Positions 47,048-57,206 are shown, counted from the stretch's first letter. The stretch: DNA of 64,000 bases from Thermoanaerobaculia bacterium (GCA_963816185.1 CAWFJJ010000024.1:384001-448000), one strand, 5' to 3'. Notes: generated from the sequence alone by a model not told the origin. Numbers and translations are program-made.

Positions 47048-48771
47048 ATGTCGATTCGCCCCTCTTCTCTCCTTCGGGTCTCGCTCCTCCTCTTCGTCGC
47101 CGCGCTCGTCGGGCCGTCCGCCCCGTCCCAGGTTCCGACCGGCAAGCCCGAGACGCCGGCGGGAGGATTCGTCGCCCGCGAGGCGATCACCGTGACGAGC
47201 CTCGACGTCGTCGTGACCGACTCGAAGGGAAATCGGGTCACGGGCCTGAAGAAAGAGGATTTCGTCGTCGTCGAGGACAACCTCGAGCAGACGATCACGA
47301 ACTTCTCTCCGGTGGAGCAGGGCCGATTCGTCCTGCCCGCCGAGGAGACTCCGCCGGCGCCCGCGCCGCTGCTCCGGCTCCCACCCCGGCCCCGGCACCC
47401 GAGAAGACGCTCAGGACGCGGATCGTCATCTTCGTGGACAACCTTCACCTCTCGCCGGGTGACCGGAACCGCGTCCTGAGAAGCGTCGAGACCTTCGTCC
47501 GCGAGAACGTCAAGGGCAACGTCGAGGGCATGATCGTCGCCTGGAACCGGTCGTTGAAGATCCGGAGAAAGTTCACGAACGACGGCCGCGACCTGTCCGA
47601 CGTCCTCAGGCAGCTCGAGGACGAGAGCGCTCTCGGTCAGCAGGCCATCTCCGACCGGCGGGACGTGATCCAGGCGATCGACGACTCGACGAGCGCGGAC
47701 CAGGCGGAGGGCCGCGTGCGGTCGTACTGCCAGTCGCTAGACAACGACCTGAACTTCACGATCGACGCGATGAAGACGACGATCAACCAGCTCGCCGGCG
47801 TCGAAGGCCGCAAGATCCTCATCCACGTGTCCGGCGGCCTGCCGCAGTCCCCGGGGGCGGAGCTGTGGAAATACGTCTCCGACAAGTACAGCGGTGCCGC
47901 GACCCAGGGCATGTCGCAGTTCGAGTTCGATCGGACCACGAAGTACCTTTCCGTCGTGCAGGCGGCGAACGCCTCGGGCGTGTCGATCTACACGATCGAC
48001 GCGTCGGGCCTCACGGTGGATTCGAACATCTCGGCCGAGAACCGCACCACGTCCCAGCGCCTCGACACGTTCACCGAGAAGAACAACCTCCAGTCGATGC
48101 TCAGCCTCATGGCCGAGGAGACGGGCGGTGAGGCCATCCTGAACAAGAACGACGTCATCGGCGCCCTCAAGAACATCGAGAAGGACTACACGTCGTATTA
48201 CTGGATCGGCTACCGAAGTCTCAGGACCGGGCTCGACCGCCCGCACAAGGTCGAGGTCAAGGTGAAGAAGAAGGGCCTGATCGTGCGCGCGCGCCGCAGC
48301 TATCTCGAGAAGGGCATCGAGACGAAGGTGCGCGAGGCCGTCACCTCGGCGCTGTTCTTCCCCCGCGACGACAATCCCCTTGCGGTTGGCCTCGAAATCG
48401 GCAAGCCCGTGCCGGCCGACCGCGAGAACTTCGCGGTCCCGGTGGAAATCCGGATTCCCTACTCGCGCCTTGCCATGCTGCCGGAGGGCTCGAAGGTGCG
48501 CGGCCGCGTCGTCTTCTACTTCGTCGTCATCGATTCGTCGGAAAAGCAGTCGGAGCTCACGACGCAGCCCGTCCCGATCGACGTCGATGCGAAGAAATTC
48601 GACGCCCTCGCCCGCAAGGACTTCATCTACGACGTGAAGCTCATCATGATTCCCGGCGGCCAGAAGCTCTCGATCGCGGTTCGCGACGACATCACGAACC
48701 AAACGAGCTATATCCAGAGGTCCATCTTCGTCTCGGCCTTCTCCGGCGAGGAAGCCGCACCCCGGAAGTGA
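47048..48771 (+). CDS. Acidobacterial VWFA-related secreted protein, split by a 1-base frameshift near 47365 (probable sequencing error)
   Basis: LDVVVTD.KG..VTGL...DF.V.ED in the first frame. IVIFVD, GRKILI.VS.G, MAEETGG, YYWIGY, RARRSY in the second frame. Confidence 0.82.
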
Positions 48772-49469
48772 GGCCAAGCCAGGCCGTGAACGCACCGGTC
48801 AAGCGCTTCGTTCTGTTCGCGCGCGAGCCCGTACGAGGACGCGTGAAGACACGCCTCGCCCGCGAGATCGGGGCCGATGCCGCCGCGTCGCTCTACGAAG
48901 CGTTCCTTTCCGACCTGGCCGCCTCGCTGACGGCGCCTGAACGGTGGGAAGCGGTGCTCGCGCACGCGGAGCCGGAGGCGGGGCCGTTCCTCAGAAAGAC
49001 GTTTCCCGATCCGTGGTCACTCGTCCCGCAGGGCGACGGGTGTCTCGGAGAGCGTCTGTTTCACGCCTTCGGGAGAGGCCGAGATGGGGACGACGTCCTC
49101 GTCGCGGGAAGCGACGCCCCGACGCTTTCCCGCGCGAACCTCGAGGCCGCATTCCGGGCTCTACGGGAGGGCGCGGACGTCGTCTTCGCCCCCGCGCCGG
49201 ACGGTGGGTTCTCGCTCGTGGGTCGACGCGGCGACTCGGGTGCCGGGGATTTCTTCGAAGGTGTTCGATGGTCCACCGCCTACGCGCTCGAGGATTGCCG
49301 GAGCGCCGCGGAGGTACGCGGGTTCCGGGTCCGGCTCGTCGAAGAAATCTCCGACGTCGACACGAGCGCGGACCTCGAGGCTCTGGAGGCGGCCCTCGCG
49401 GCCGACCCGGATCTCGCCCCCGCGACGCGCCGGGCGCTCCTCGCGCTGTTCGGGCGGAGCGTCGGGTGA
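48768..49469 (+). CDS. TIGR04282/DUF2064 family glycosyltransferase-like protein
   Basis: FAREP..GRVKTRLA, Q..G.LGERL, GSDAP, PAPDGG, DVDT..DL. Confidence 0.88.
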   Translation: MRPSQAVNAPVKRFVLFAREPVRGRVKTRLAREIGADAAASLYEAFLSDLAASLTAPERWEAVLAHAEPEAGPFLRKTFPDPWSLVPQGDGCLGERLFHAFGRGRDGDDVLVAGSDAPTLSRANLEAAFRALREGADVVFAPAPDGGFSLVGRRGDSGAGDFFEGVRWSTAYALEDCRSAAEVRGFRVRLVEEISDVDTSADLEALEAALAADPDLAPATRRALLALFGRSVG

Positions 49470-50971
49470 AGGTCCTCACGTCGGAGGCTGCTCGGGCCCT
49501 GGACGCGCGGACGATCGCAGCCGGCACGCCCGGACTCGTTCTCATGAAGCGAGCCGCCGCGGCGCTCCTGCGGGAGATCGCGGGCGTCGTCGCGCGCCGC
49601 ACCTCTCGCGGCGCACGCGTCGTCGTTCTGGCGGGCCCCGGCAACAACGGAGGGGATGGTTTCGAGGCCGCGCGCCTTCTCCAGGCCGCGCACGTCGGGG
49701 GAAACGTCGAGACGCTGCTTTTCGGGGCGCCTGCGCATCTGAGCCTGGACGCCCGCAAGACCCATCAACGCCTCGAGAAGGCGGGAGGGGCGATCCGCGA
49801 GGTGACGAAGGAACCCGACCTCGAGCCTCTCAGAACGGCGACGCTCGTCGTGGACGCGCTCTTCGGCACGGGCCTGAAGAGGCCCATCTCGCCGGACGGA
49901 CTTCCGGCGCGCGCCGTGCGTCTCGTCGCGGAGGGGCGGGCGTTCGTGGTCGCGGTCGACGTGCCCTCGGGCCTCTCGGCGGATGAGTCGCTCCCGTGGT
50001 CTCCGGCCGTACGCGCCGACCTCACCGTCACGTTCGGATACCCGAAGCCGTGTCACGTGCGCCTGCCGGCCGCGGCGCTGTGCGGGCGGATGTCCGTCGC
50101 CGGCCTCGGCTTTCTTCCCCTCGAGGAGGAAAGCGGGTCCGCAGGTGACGCCGTCTGTGCTCAGGACGTCGCGAGACTCTTCCCGCGGCGCGAGGCGGCG
50201 GCGCACAAGGGCACGTTCGGGCGTCTGCTCGTGGTGGGGGGCTCGGAGGGCATGGCGGGGGCGCCCGCCCTCGCCGCGCGCGGAGCGCACCGGTCAGGCG
50301 TCGGCCTCGTCAGCGTTTTCGCCCCGGATTCCGTGCGCGCCGTCGTGCACGCGCTCAGCCCCGAGACGACGACGGCTGGCGCCGATGTCGACGTGGGGCG
50401 CTTCGACGCCCTCGCGGTCGGGCCCGGGCTCGGCGCGTCGACGGCCGCGCGCGCGCTCCTTCAGCGCACGGCGGCGGCCCGCCTCCCGGCGGTCTTCGAC
50501 GCGGACGCGCTCAACCTTGCCGGAGAGGCCGCGTACTTCGCCTCGCGCGCCGCACCGACGATTCTCACGCCCCACGCCGGGGAGGCCGGTCGCCTCCTCG
50601 GCCTCGACGCCGCGCGCGTGAACGCGGATCGCGAGGCCGCGGTGCGCGAGATTGCCTCGCGTGCGAGGGCGGTCGTCATCCTGAAGGGGTTCCGGCCGCT
50701 CGTGGCCTCGCCGACGGGCCAGATCGTGACCGTCCTCGCGGGAAACCCCGCGCTCGCCTCCGGGGGGACGGGCGACGTTCTGACCGGCGTCGTCGGGGCA
50801 TGTCTCGCGCGAGGCCTCGACGCCTTCGACGCGGCCTGCGCAGCCGCGTGGCTTCACGGGACGGCAGGTGACTTCGTGCGGGAGGTCAGAGGGGAGGAGT
50901 CTCTTTCGGCGTCCGACGTCGTGGAAGCGCTCCCGGAGGCTTTCTTCGAGGCGCAAGAGAGCGTCGGGTGA
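49466..50971 (+). CDS. nnr: Bifunctional NAD(P)H-hydrate epimerase/dehydratase
   Basis: GPGNNGGDG, DALFGTG, VDVPSG, HKGTFG, DADAL, TPHAGE, GGTGDVL. Confidence 0.93.
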   Translation: MKVLTSEAARALDARTIAAGTPGLVLMKRAAAALLREIAGVVARRTSRGARVVVLAGPGNNGGDGFEAARLLQAAHVGGNVETLLFGAPAHLSLDARKTHQRLEKAGGAIREVTKEPDLEPLRTATLVVDALFGTGLKRPISPDGLPARAVRLVAEGRAFVVAVDVPSGLSADESLPWSPAVRADLTVTFGYPKPCHVRLPAAALCGRMSVAGLGFLPLEEESGSAGDAVCAQDVARLFPRREAAAHKGTFGRLLVVGGSEGMAGAPALAARGAHRSGVGLVSVFAPDSVRAVVHALSPETTTAGADVDVGRFDALAVGPGLGASTAARALLQRTAAARLPAVFDADALNLAGEAAYFASRAAPTILTPHAGEAGRLLGLDAARVNADREAAVREIASRARAVVILKGFRPLVASPTGQIVTVLAGNPALASGGTGDVLTGVVGACLARGLDAFDAACAAAWLHGTAGDFVREVRGEESLSASDVVEALPEAFFEAQESVG

Positions 50972-51405
50972 CGTCGCAGGTCTCTTCCAGCGAAGAGGAG
51001 ACGAGGCGCCTCGGGGAAGGTCTCGCGCACCGTCTCGCCCCGGGCGACGTCGTGCTCGTCGAAGGAGACCTCGGGGCCGGCAAGACCGCTTTCGTCAAAG
51101 GGATCGCGGCAGGGCTCGGCCTCGACCCGGAAGACGTGTCGTCTCCGAGCTTCGCGCTCGTGCACGAGTACGGGCCGGCGGGGAAGCCTCCCGTCCTCGT
51201 TCACGGCGACCTCTACCGCGTCCTTCCGGGGGCGTCGATCGCGGATCTCGACCTCGAAGGGCGGGAGAACGCGATTCTCGCGGTCGAATGGCCGCGCCCG
51301 CCGCTCTCCGAGCAGCGGGCGTGGCGCGTCGTGCTGCGCATCGAGCCCGACGGGTCGCGCACGGTCCACGTCGAGCCTCCGGGGAGGCTGTCCCCCTCTC
51401 CGTGA
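50968..51405 (+). CDS. tsaE: tRNA threonylcarbamoyladenosine biosynthesis ATPase
   Basis: GDLGAGKT, VSSPSF.LV.EY, H.DLYR, VEW. Confidence 0.94.
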   Translation: MTSQVSSSEEETRRLGEGLAHRLAPGDVVLVEGDLGAGKTAFVKGIAAGLGLDPEDVSSPSFALVHEYGPAGKPPVLVHGDLYRVLPGASIADLDLEGRENAILAVEWPRPPLSEQRAWRVVLRIEPDGSRTVHVEPPGRLSPSP

Positions 51406-51408
51406 GAC

Positions 51409-52089
51409 TCAGAAGGCGAAGACGAGCCCTCCGGTGACCTCTCCGTTGTACGACCAGTTTCTCCCGCGCCGGTCGCTGCAGAAGTCGTCGTGGCCGCAGG
51501 AGAAGTCGTTGCGGTCGTCGGTCAGGTTGATGGCCCTGTAGCGGCCGTCGATCCGGAGCCCGACGCGTGGCACGAAGAAGAACTTCCCTCCGACCGAGAC
51601 GTTCGCCGTGAAACGACCCGTTTGGGACGGATCTATCCCCGGGACGTCGCGCTTCAGGACCGCGGAGCCGGCCCCGATGCCGAAGTAGCCGACGGCGCGC
51701 CGCCGCCCGAAATTGAAGAGGGCGTTCCCCTCGTAGACGTTCTGTCGCAAAGTGCCGACCTTGAGATTTCGCGGAACGGAGCCGAAGAAGTCGGGGGAGC
51801 GGAGGTCGGCGCGCGAAGAGGTCCAGTCGACTTCGAAAGCGAAGTGGCGCGTGATGTTGTACGCGAGGCGCGCGCCATACGCGAAATCGTCGTCCGGCTC
51901 GAGGAAACGGACGTTGGATACCGTGCCGGACGTGAAGGGAACCGTGTAATTACCGTAAAGGCGCCCGCCAAAGTAGCCGCCCGCGAACGGCGAGATCTCC
52001 CACGTGCCGGTGCGGTCCTGGGCGGCCGCCGGCGGCGCGGCCATCCAACAAATACCGATGAACGCGGCGAAGACGAGAAAGCGACGCAT
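51409..52089 (-). CDS. Outer-membrane beta-barrel protein (OmpA/Ail-like 8-strand)
   Basis: Signal peptide, amphipathic strands, C-terminal GLVFAF, GGAGG RBS. Confidence 0.8.
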   Translation of the reverse strand: MRRFLVFAAFIGICWMAAPPAAAQDRTGTWEISPFAGGYFGGRLYGNYTVPFTSGTVSNVRFLEPDDDFAYGARLAYNITRHFAFEVDWTSSRADLRSPDFFGSVPRNLKVGTLRQNVYEGNALFNFGRRRAVGYFGIGAGSAVLKRDVPGIDPSQTGRFTANVSVGGKFFFVPRVGLRIDGRYRAINLTDDRNDFSCGHDDFCSDRRGRNWSYNGEVTGGLVFAF

Positions 52090-52199
52090 GGATCCTCCTG
52101 CCAGCTCGGAGTTTGGAGCCAAACGCATGGGTGTTCCCGCAATGAGACGCACGCCCCACACATCAGGTTGGCAAGCAACGGGCGTACCCGTCCGAATCC

Positions 52200-53492
52200 C
52201 TACGGGCTGGCCGGGAACAGCCCGGGCCAGATCGACGTGACGACGAGGACCAGCGTCAGGCCGATCATGACGAGGCAGGTTCCCCAGGCCACCCAGTTCC
52301 AGACGCGGCCGTTCACGTGCTCGCCCATGAGGTCCTCGCGGTTGATGAGAAGACACATGAAGACCAGGACGAACGGAAGGAGCAGACCGTTCAGCACCTG
52401 GGACAGGAAGAGGACCGGGAAGAGCGGGACACCGGGAATCAGGATGATGCCGGCGCCGATCACGATCATGCCTGTGTAAAGCGTGTTGAACTGGGGCGCC
52501 TCGCTCCAGGTCTTGTTCACGCCGGCCTCGAAGCCGAGCCCCTCGCAGATGGAGTAGGCCGTGGCGAGCGGCAGGATGGAGGCCGCGAAGAGCGAGGCGT
52601 TCGCGAGTCCGAAGGCGAACAGCGTGCCGGCCCATTTTCCGGCGAGCGGCTTCAAGGCGAGCGCCGCCTGCTCGGCGCCTTCGATGCGGATCCCCTTCGG
52701 GAAAAGCGTGGCCGCGCAAGCGACGATGATGAAGAACGCGACGACGTCCGTCAGGATGCACCCGACGATCACGTCCCAGCGCGACAGCTTGTACTCCTCC
52801 GGGCCGATTCGCTTCTCCACGATCGAGGACTGGAGGTAGAACTGCATCCACGGCGCGATCGTCGTGCCGACGATCCCGATGATCATCAGGATCCACGCGG
52901 CGCTCGACTCGATCCGGGGCGCGAACGTCTGCTTGAGGACGTCCTTCCAGACGGGTTTCGCGAAGAGGGCCGACAGGATGTACGTCAGGTAGACCGTGCA
53001 GGCGATCAGGAAGACTTTCTCGACCGATTTGTAGTTCCCTTTTACGACGATCCACCACACGACGAACGCGCCGATGGGGACCGATACCCAGCGCGGGATC
53101 CCGAAGATCTCCAGCGAAGCGGCCCAGCCCGCGAACTCGGCGACCGTGTTCCCGATGTCCGTCACGAGGAGGGCGACGAGCAGGTAGAACGTGGCTCTCA
53201 GGCCGTAGTTCTCGCGGATGAGCTCGCCGAGGCCCTTCCCCGTCACGGCCCCGAGGCGCGCGGACATCTCCTGGATCACGATGAGGGCGAGCGTGATGGG
53301 GACGAGCGTCCAGAGCAGCGAATAGCCGAAGTGTGCGCCCGCGATGGAGTACGTCGCGATGCCGCCCGCGTCGTTGTCCACGTTCGCCGTGATGATCCCC
53401 GGCCCGAGGACCGCGAGAAAAAGCATCGCCCGCCGCTTCCAATCGCGGACGTCGAAGCGCGAAGAGGCGGTATCGGCTGCCGGCGCGATCAC
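52200..53492 (-). CDS. NRAMP family divalent metal transporter (Mg2+-type motif)
   Basis: GPGIITANVDNDAGGIATYS, QEMSARLG.VTGKG, GTTIAPWMQF. Confidence 0.9.
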   Translation of the reverse strand: MIAPAADTASSRFDVRDWKRRAMLFLAVLGPGIITANVDNDAGGIATYSIAGAHFGYSLLWTLVPITLALIVIQEMSARLGAVTGKGLGELIRENYGLRATFYLLVALLVTDIGNTVAEFAGWAASLEIFGIPRWVSVPIGAFVVWWIVVKGNYKSVEKVFLIACTVYLTYILSALFAKPVWKDVLKQTFAPRIESSAAWILMIIGIVGTTIAPWMQFYLQSSIVEKRIGPEEYKLSRWDVIVGCILTDVVAFFIIVACAATLFPKGIRIEGAEQAALALKPLAGKWAGTLFAFGLANASLFAASILPLATAYSICEGLGFEAGVNKTWSEAPQFNTLYTGMIVIGAGIILIPGVPLFPVLFLSQVLNGLLLPFVLVFMCLLINREDLMGEHVNGRVWNWVAWGTCLVMIGLTLVLVVTSIWPGLFPASP

Positions 53493-54799
53493 CGCAGCCT
53501 CCGCCGGTGGCGGCGAGGCTGGGGCTGGAGCCGGTCGACGACGTCGTCGATCGTGATGATGCCGACGAGAACGCCTTCGGGATCGGTCACGGGGAGGGCG
53601 AGGAGGTCGTACTTGGACATCGTCTCGGCGACCTCGTCCGCCGAGACGTCCGGCGTGACGCTGCGCACGGGCGTCGCCATGGCGTTCTCGAGAAGCGTGT
53701 CGTCGTCGGCGGCGAGAATGTCGCGCACGGAGAGCGCGCCCAGGACTCGGTCCTTGTCGTCGACGACGTAGAAGTAGAAGAGAGCCTCGGCGTCGCGGGC
53801 CAGGGGCCTGAGGCGCTGAAGCGTCTCGCGCACGGTCAGATTCGGCGGGAACGTGACGAAGTCGGTTCCCATGAGGCCGCCCGCGGTGTTCTCGTCGTGG
53901 ACGAGCAGCTCGGTGACCTCTTCGGCCGCGCCCTTCTCCATGAGCTGGACGAGGTCGCGGGCGTGCTCGCCCTCGATCTCGCCCAGGACGTCGGCCGCCT
54001 CGTCCGCGGGCATCTGCTCGAGAATCTCCGAGGCGCGCCGTTCGGGCAGGTCCTCGATGATCTCCGCCTGGATCTCGGGCTCGAGCTCGTGGAGCGTTTC
54101 GGCAGCCGTCTCGACGTTCAGCCTCTGGAACATGCCGGATCGCTCGGTGCCCGAAACCTGACTCAGGATGTCGGCGATGTCGGCCGGATGGAGCCGCTGG
54201 AGCTTCTCCTGGGGGAGCGTGGTCTCGAGACGCTCGAGGCGTCCGTGGAGCGGCTGCATCGAATCCCAGGGAATGAGCCGCGCCGGAAGGGATGCGTCGG
54301 AAAGCCTTCCTCCTCGTGGCGTGACACCCGCGCCGAAGACCCGTCTCACGAGGCCGCGCACGCCCACGTCGGCGGCGGTGAGCACGAGGTCGCCCGACAG
54401 CACGTCGAGCTTGAGGTCGTTCACGCGCACGACCTTCACGCCGTTGATGTCCACGATCTGCTTGTCGAGGAGATGGCGCGCGAGAAAGATCTCGTCCTCC
54501 CGCGCAGGACGGTGCAGGAGATCCTCCCTCACGAGCCGGGTGCGCACGGCGCCACGCTGGAAGATGGCGACGTCCTCCCAGGGCAGGACGAACGTCTCGA
54601 AGCGGTCGCGGATCAGAAGGCCCGTCACGCGGGGAAACGGGGCGCCCGTGCTCGTGGCGACGGCGAAATCCGAGATCCTTCCGACGGGGCGCCGCGCCAC
54701 GTCGCGCACCGTCTCGCCGAGAAACTCCGAGACGAAGAAGCCCTCGTGCGCCGGGACCGCGCTCGTGCGCGCGGGCGAAGGCGGCGCGTGCGTCGTCAT
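53489..54799 (-). CDS. Soluble PRC-barrel / MgtE-N / CBS-pair protein lacking the MgtE TM domain
   Basis: LLDKQIVDING.KVVRVND, LHPADIADIL, TAGGLM, KYDLLALPV, GIITIDDV. Confidence 0.88.
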   Translation of the reverse strand: MTTHAPPSPARTSAVPAHEGFFVSEFLGETVRDVARRPVGRISDFAVATSTGAPFPRVTGLLIRDRFETFVLPWEDVAIFQRGAVRTRLVREDLLHRPAREDEIFLARHLLDKQIVDINGVKVVRVNDLKLDVLSGDLVLTAADVGVRGLVRRVFGAGVTPRGGRLSDASLPARLIPWDSMQPLHGRLERLETTLPQEKLQRLHPADIADILSQVSGTERSGMFQRLNVETAAETLHELEPEIQAEIIEDLPERRASEILEQMPADEAADVLGEIEGEHARDLVQLMEKGAAEEVTELLVHDENTAGGLMGTDFVTFPPNLTVRETLQRLRPLARDAEALFYFYVVDDKDRVLGALSVRDILAADDDTLLENAMATPVRSVTPDVSADEVAETMSKYDLLALPVTDPEGVLVGIITIDDVVDRLQPQPRRHRRRLR

Positions 54800-54805
54800 G
54801 GAGGC

Positions 54806-54834
54806 ATTGTCAGGAGGAGGCGAGGCCCCGTCAA
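54806..54834 (-). promoter_or_regulatory. Putative sigma70 promoter giving a leaderless transcript
   Basis: TTGACG-N17-GACAAT-N6-ATG(54799). Confidence 0.55.
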
Positions 54835-54897
54835 CGCCTGTTCAGGTAATCTGCGCCGCATGGCTCCCAGATTGGCTCTCGCGGGCGAGCCCCCGGG

Positions 54898-55377
54898 GTG
54901 ACGGGGTACGCCGTGCGCACGATCCGCGTCGGCAAGGGCGTTCAGGGTGCGCTGCTGGCCTCGTATTCGTGCCTGCTGCTCACCGTGACGCTCCTCGTGC
55001 AGGGAGGCGGAGCCGTGAGGACGAATTTCGCGCCGTTCGACGACATCCAGCGCCTCATCCTCCGCGCGGGACGCGGCCGCTACCTCTCGAACGCGTTCTT
55101 CTACGCGATCGTCGGAATCGTCGGAAACCTCTCGATGTTCGCGGTGTGGGCGTTCCTGTTGTGGAAGTTCCTCGACGGACACGGCCGCTCCGCCGCCCGG
55201 AACCACGGGGACGTTCTCCTCGCGGGGACGTTGTTCAGCGTGGGCATCGAGACGGTCCAGCTTTTTCTGCCGACCCGCGCCACCGACGTGAACGACATCT
55301 TCTGGAACGTCCTCGGGACGATCGCCGGCTGCGCCGCCGCGCACCTCCACCGTAACCTCCGGCTCGACTGGCAGTAG
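54898..55377 (+). CDS. VanZ family membrane protein
   Basis: NFAPF, GNLSMF, S..IE.VQLFLPTRATDVNDIFWNVLG. Confidence 0.85.
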   Translation: MTGYAVRTIRVGKGVQGALLASYSCLLLTVTLLVQGGGAVRTNFAPFDDIQRLILRAGRGRYLSNAFFYAIVGIVGNLSMFAVWAFLLWKFLDGHGRSAARNHGDVLLAGTLFSVGIETVQLFLPTRATDVNDIFWNVLGTIAGCAAAHLHRNLRLDWQ

Positions 55378-55392
55378 ACTTCTCCCCGGCGC

Positions 55393-55479
55393 GCCGGAGT
55401 GGCGGAATGGCAGACGCAGGGGACTCAAAATCCCCCGGTCCACAAGGCCGTGAGGGTTCGACTCCCTCCTCCGGCACCA
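55393..55479 (+). tRNA. tRNA-Leu(CAA)
   Basis: Acceptor GCCGGAG/CTCCGGC-A-CCA. D-arm TGGCGGAATGGCAGACGC. Anticodon stem GGGGA/TCCCC with loop CTCAAAA. Long variable arm and GGTTCGACTCC T-arm. Confidence 0.96.
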
Positions 55480-55515
55480 GTCATTGAATCGGATCGTTCC
55501 GACGGGAGCCGAGCC

Positions 55516-57042
55516 CTAGCCCTTCCCGCCCTTCCCGGCCGCGGCCTTCGCCTTGACTCGAATGAAGGCGTAGTTGACCTGGGGGAGCGAGTTGAAGTTC
55601 GCGGCCTTGTCGCAAGACTCCTTTGCTTTTTCCGCGTCGCCCTTTCCCTTGTAGGCCTCGTAAAGGCGATAGAGGTCCTGGGGATTCTGCTGGTTCGCCT
55701 GCAGGAGCTCGGTGATCGCCCGGTCGTAGTCCTTCTCCTGGAGGGCGATGATTCCATCGAGCTCGTGGGCATTTTTCACCTGGGCCGGGTTCTTCTTGGC
55801 TTCGGCGCCCGCCCGGAACGTATCCGCCTCGCTCTTTGCCGCCTTGAAGTCCCTCTTCGCCGCCGCGATGCGAGCGAGGTTGTAATGGCTGACGAGCGCG
55901 GCATTGGCCTTGATCTCCGGCGAGAGGCTCGAGCCCTCGACGAGCTTCAGGCCGCGCTCGTACTCGCTTCGGGCTTGATCGGGTTTCCCCATCTCGAGGA
56001 GGATGTTCCCCTTTAACCCGTCGTCGAAAGACATCGCCGGGACGTCGTGAGTCTTTTCTCCCAGGACGTACTGTTTATCCACGTCCTCGAGCGCCTTGGC
56101 CGTCTTTCCGCCGTCGATGTGAACGACCGTGAGGGCGAAGAGGGCCGTCCGCCGCTCGCCGTCCGTCCTGGCCTTCTTCGTGATGTTCGCGAGCTCCGCC
56201 TCGGCCTCGGCCGCCTTGCCGGAATACAGGAGGTCCATGGCGATCCCCTGGTGGGCGTTCACGAAGTTGGAGTCGATCGCCAACGCCTTGCGGTACTGGG
56301 CGATGGAATCGTCGAATCGGCCCATCTTCAGGAGCAGCTCGGCATAGGAGTCGTAGGGGTTGGGATCCTTGGGGATCAGCTCAATGTACTTTTGGAATGC
56401 CTTCTCGGCGTTCGCGAAGTCGCTGGTCTGCCGGTAGGAGTAGCCGAGCAGGTTGTAGGCCGTCGAGTAGCTCGGCTCGAGCTCCGTCGCCTTCCTGTAC
56501 TGCTCGATGGCCTGAGGGTATTGCTGCTGGCCGAAGTAGAAGCCGCCCAGGTTGAAGTGGGCCCGCTCGTCGTTCGGATACGCGGCAACGAGCGCGTCCA
56601 GGTATTCCTTCTGCTTCGCCGGATCGGCGTTCGCGCCCGCCTCGGCGGCCAGGATCAGGAGCCTCTCTCCATTCGAAGCCTTGTCGGCCAGGCTGACGGC
56701 TTTGTGGAGGTGCTCGAAGAACTCCTTGCCGGTCGGCGCCGAGTTGGCGAGGGAGAGCTCGGCCCAGGCGAACCCCGGATCGAGCGAGACCGCCTTCTGG
56801 AAGTGCGCCATCGAGTCAGTGATCAGGAGCTTCTCGAAATCGTCGCGGCCTTTCAGGAACTCGGCTTTGGCTTCGGCCGACGAGGTCGTCACCGGGATCT
56901 TTCCGCCGCCTGCCGGCGTCGCCTCGGGAGCTCGGGTGGTCTGAGCGGGAGCCGGGGTCTCCCTCTTCGCGCAGCCGGCCTGAGACCATGCGGCGATAAG
57001 TCCAAGAACGAGCAAGGGCTCGAGAAATCGGTTCCGGCGCAT
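55516..57042 (-). CDS. TPR lipoprotein
   Basis: Lipobox QAGC and multiple TPRs (AHFNLG, AYNLLGY, PNPYDSYAE). GGAGG RBS. Confidence 0.85.
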   Translation of the reverse strand: MRRNRFLEPLLVLGLIAAWSQAGCAKRETPAPAQTTRAPEATPAGGGKIPVTTSSAEAKAEFLKGRDDFEKLLITDSMAHFQKAVSLDPGFAWAELSLANSAPTGKEFFEHLHKAVSLADKASNGERLLILAAEAGANADPAKQKEYLDALVAAYPNDERAHFNLGGFYFGQQQYPQAIEQYRKATELEPSYSTAYNLLGYSYRQTSDFANAEKAFQKYIELIPKDPNPYDSYAELLLKMGRFDDSIAQYRKALAIDSNFVNAHQGIAMDLLYSGKAAEAEAELANITKKARTDGERRTALFALTVVHIDGGKTAKALEDVDKQYVLGEKTHDVPAMSFDDGLKGNILLEMGKPDQARSEYERGLKLVEGSSLSPEIKANAALVSHYNLARIAAAKRDFKAAKSEADTFRAGAEAKKNPAQVKNAHELDGIIALQEKDYDRAITELLQANQQNPQDLYRLYEAYKGKGDAEKAKESCDKAANFNSLPQVNYAFIRVKAKAAAGKGGKG

Positions 57043-57206
57043 GGGTCCTCCTTGCGAGTTGGGCCGCGGAAGGCGGATCGACCGTTCTACGGAGGCGACG
57101 GAGGAAGGTTGCGAGGAGATCCCTTACGGCCAGGCCACGAGGACGGAGCTTCACGCCTAAGCTCTGAATGGCCCGCATCTTGCGGCACGAGCCGCGGGAG
57201 GTTCCC

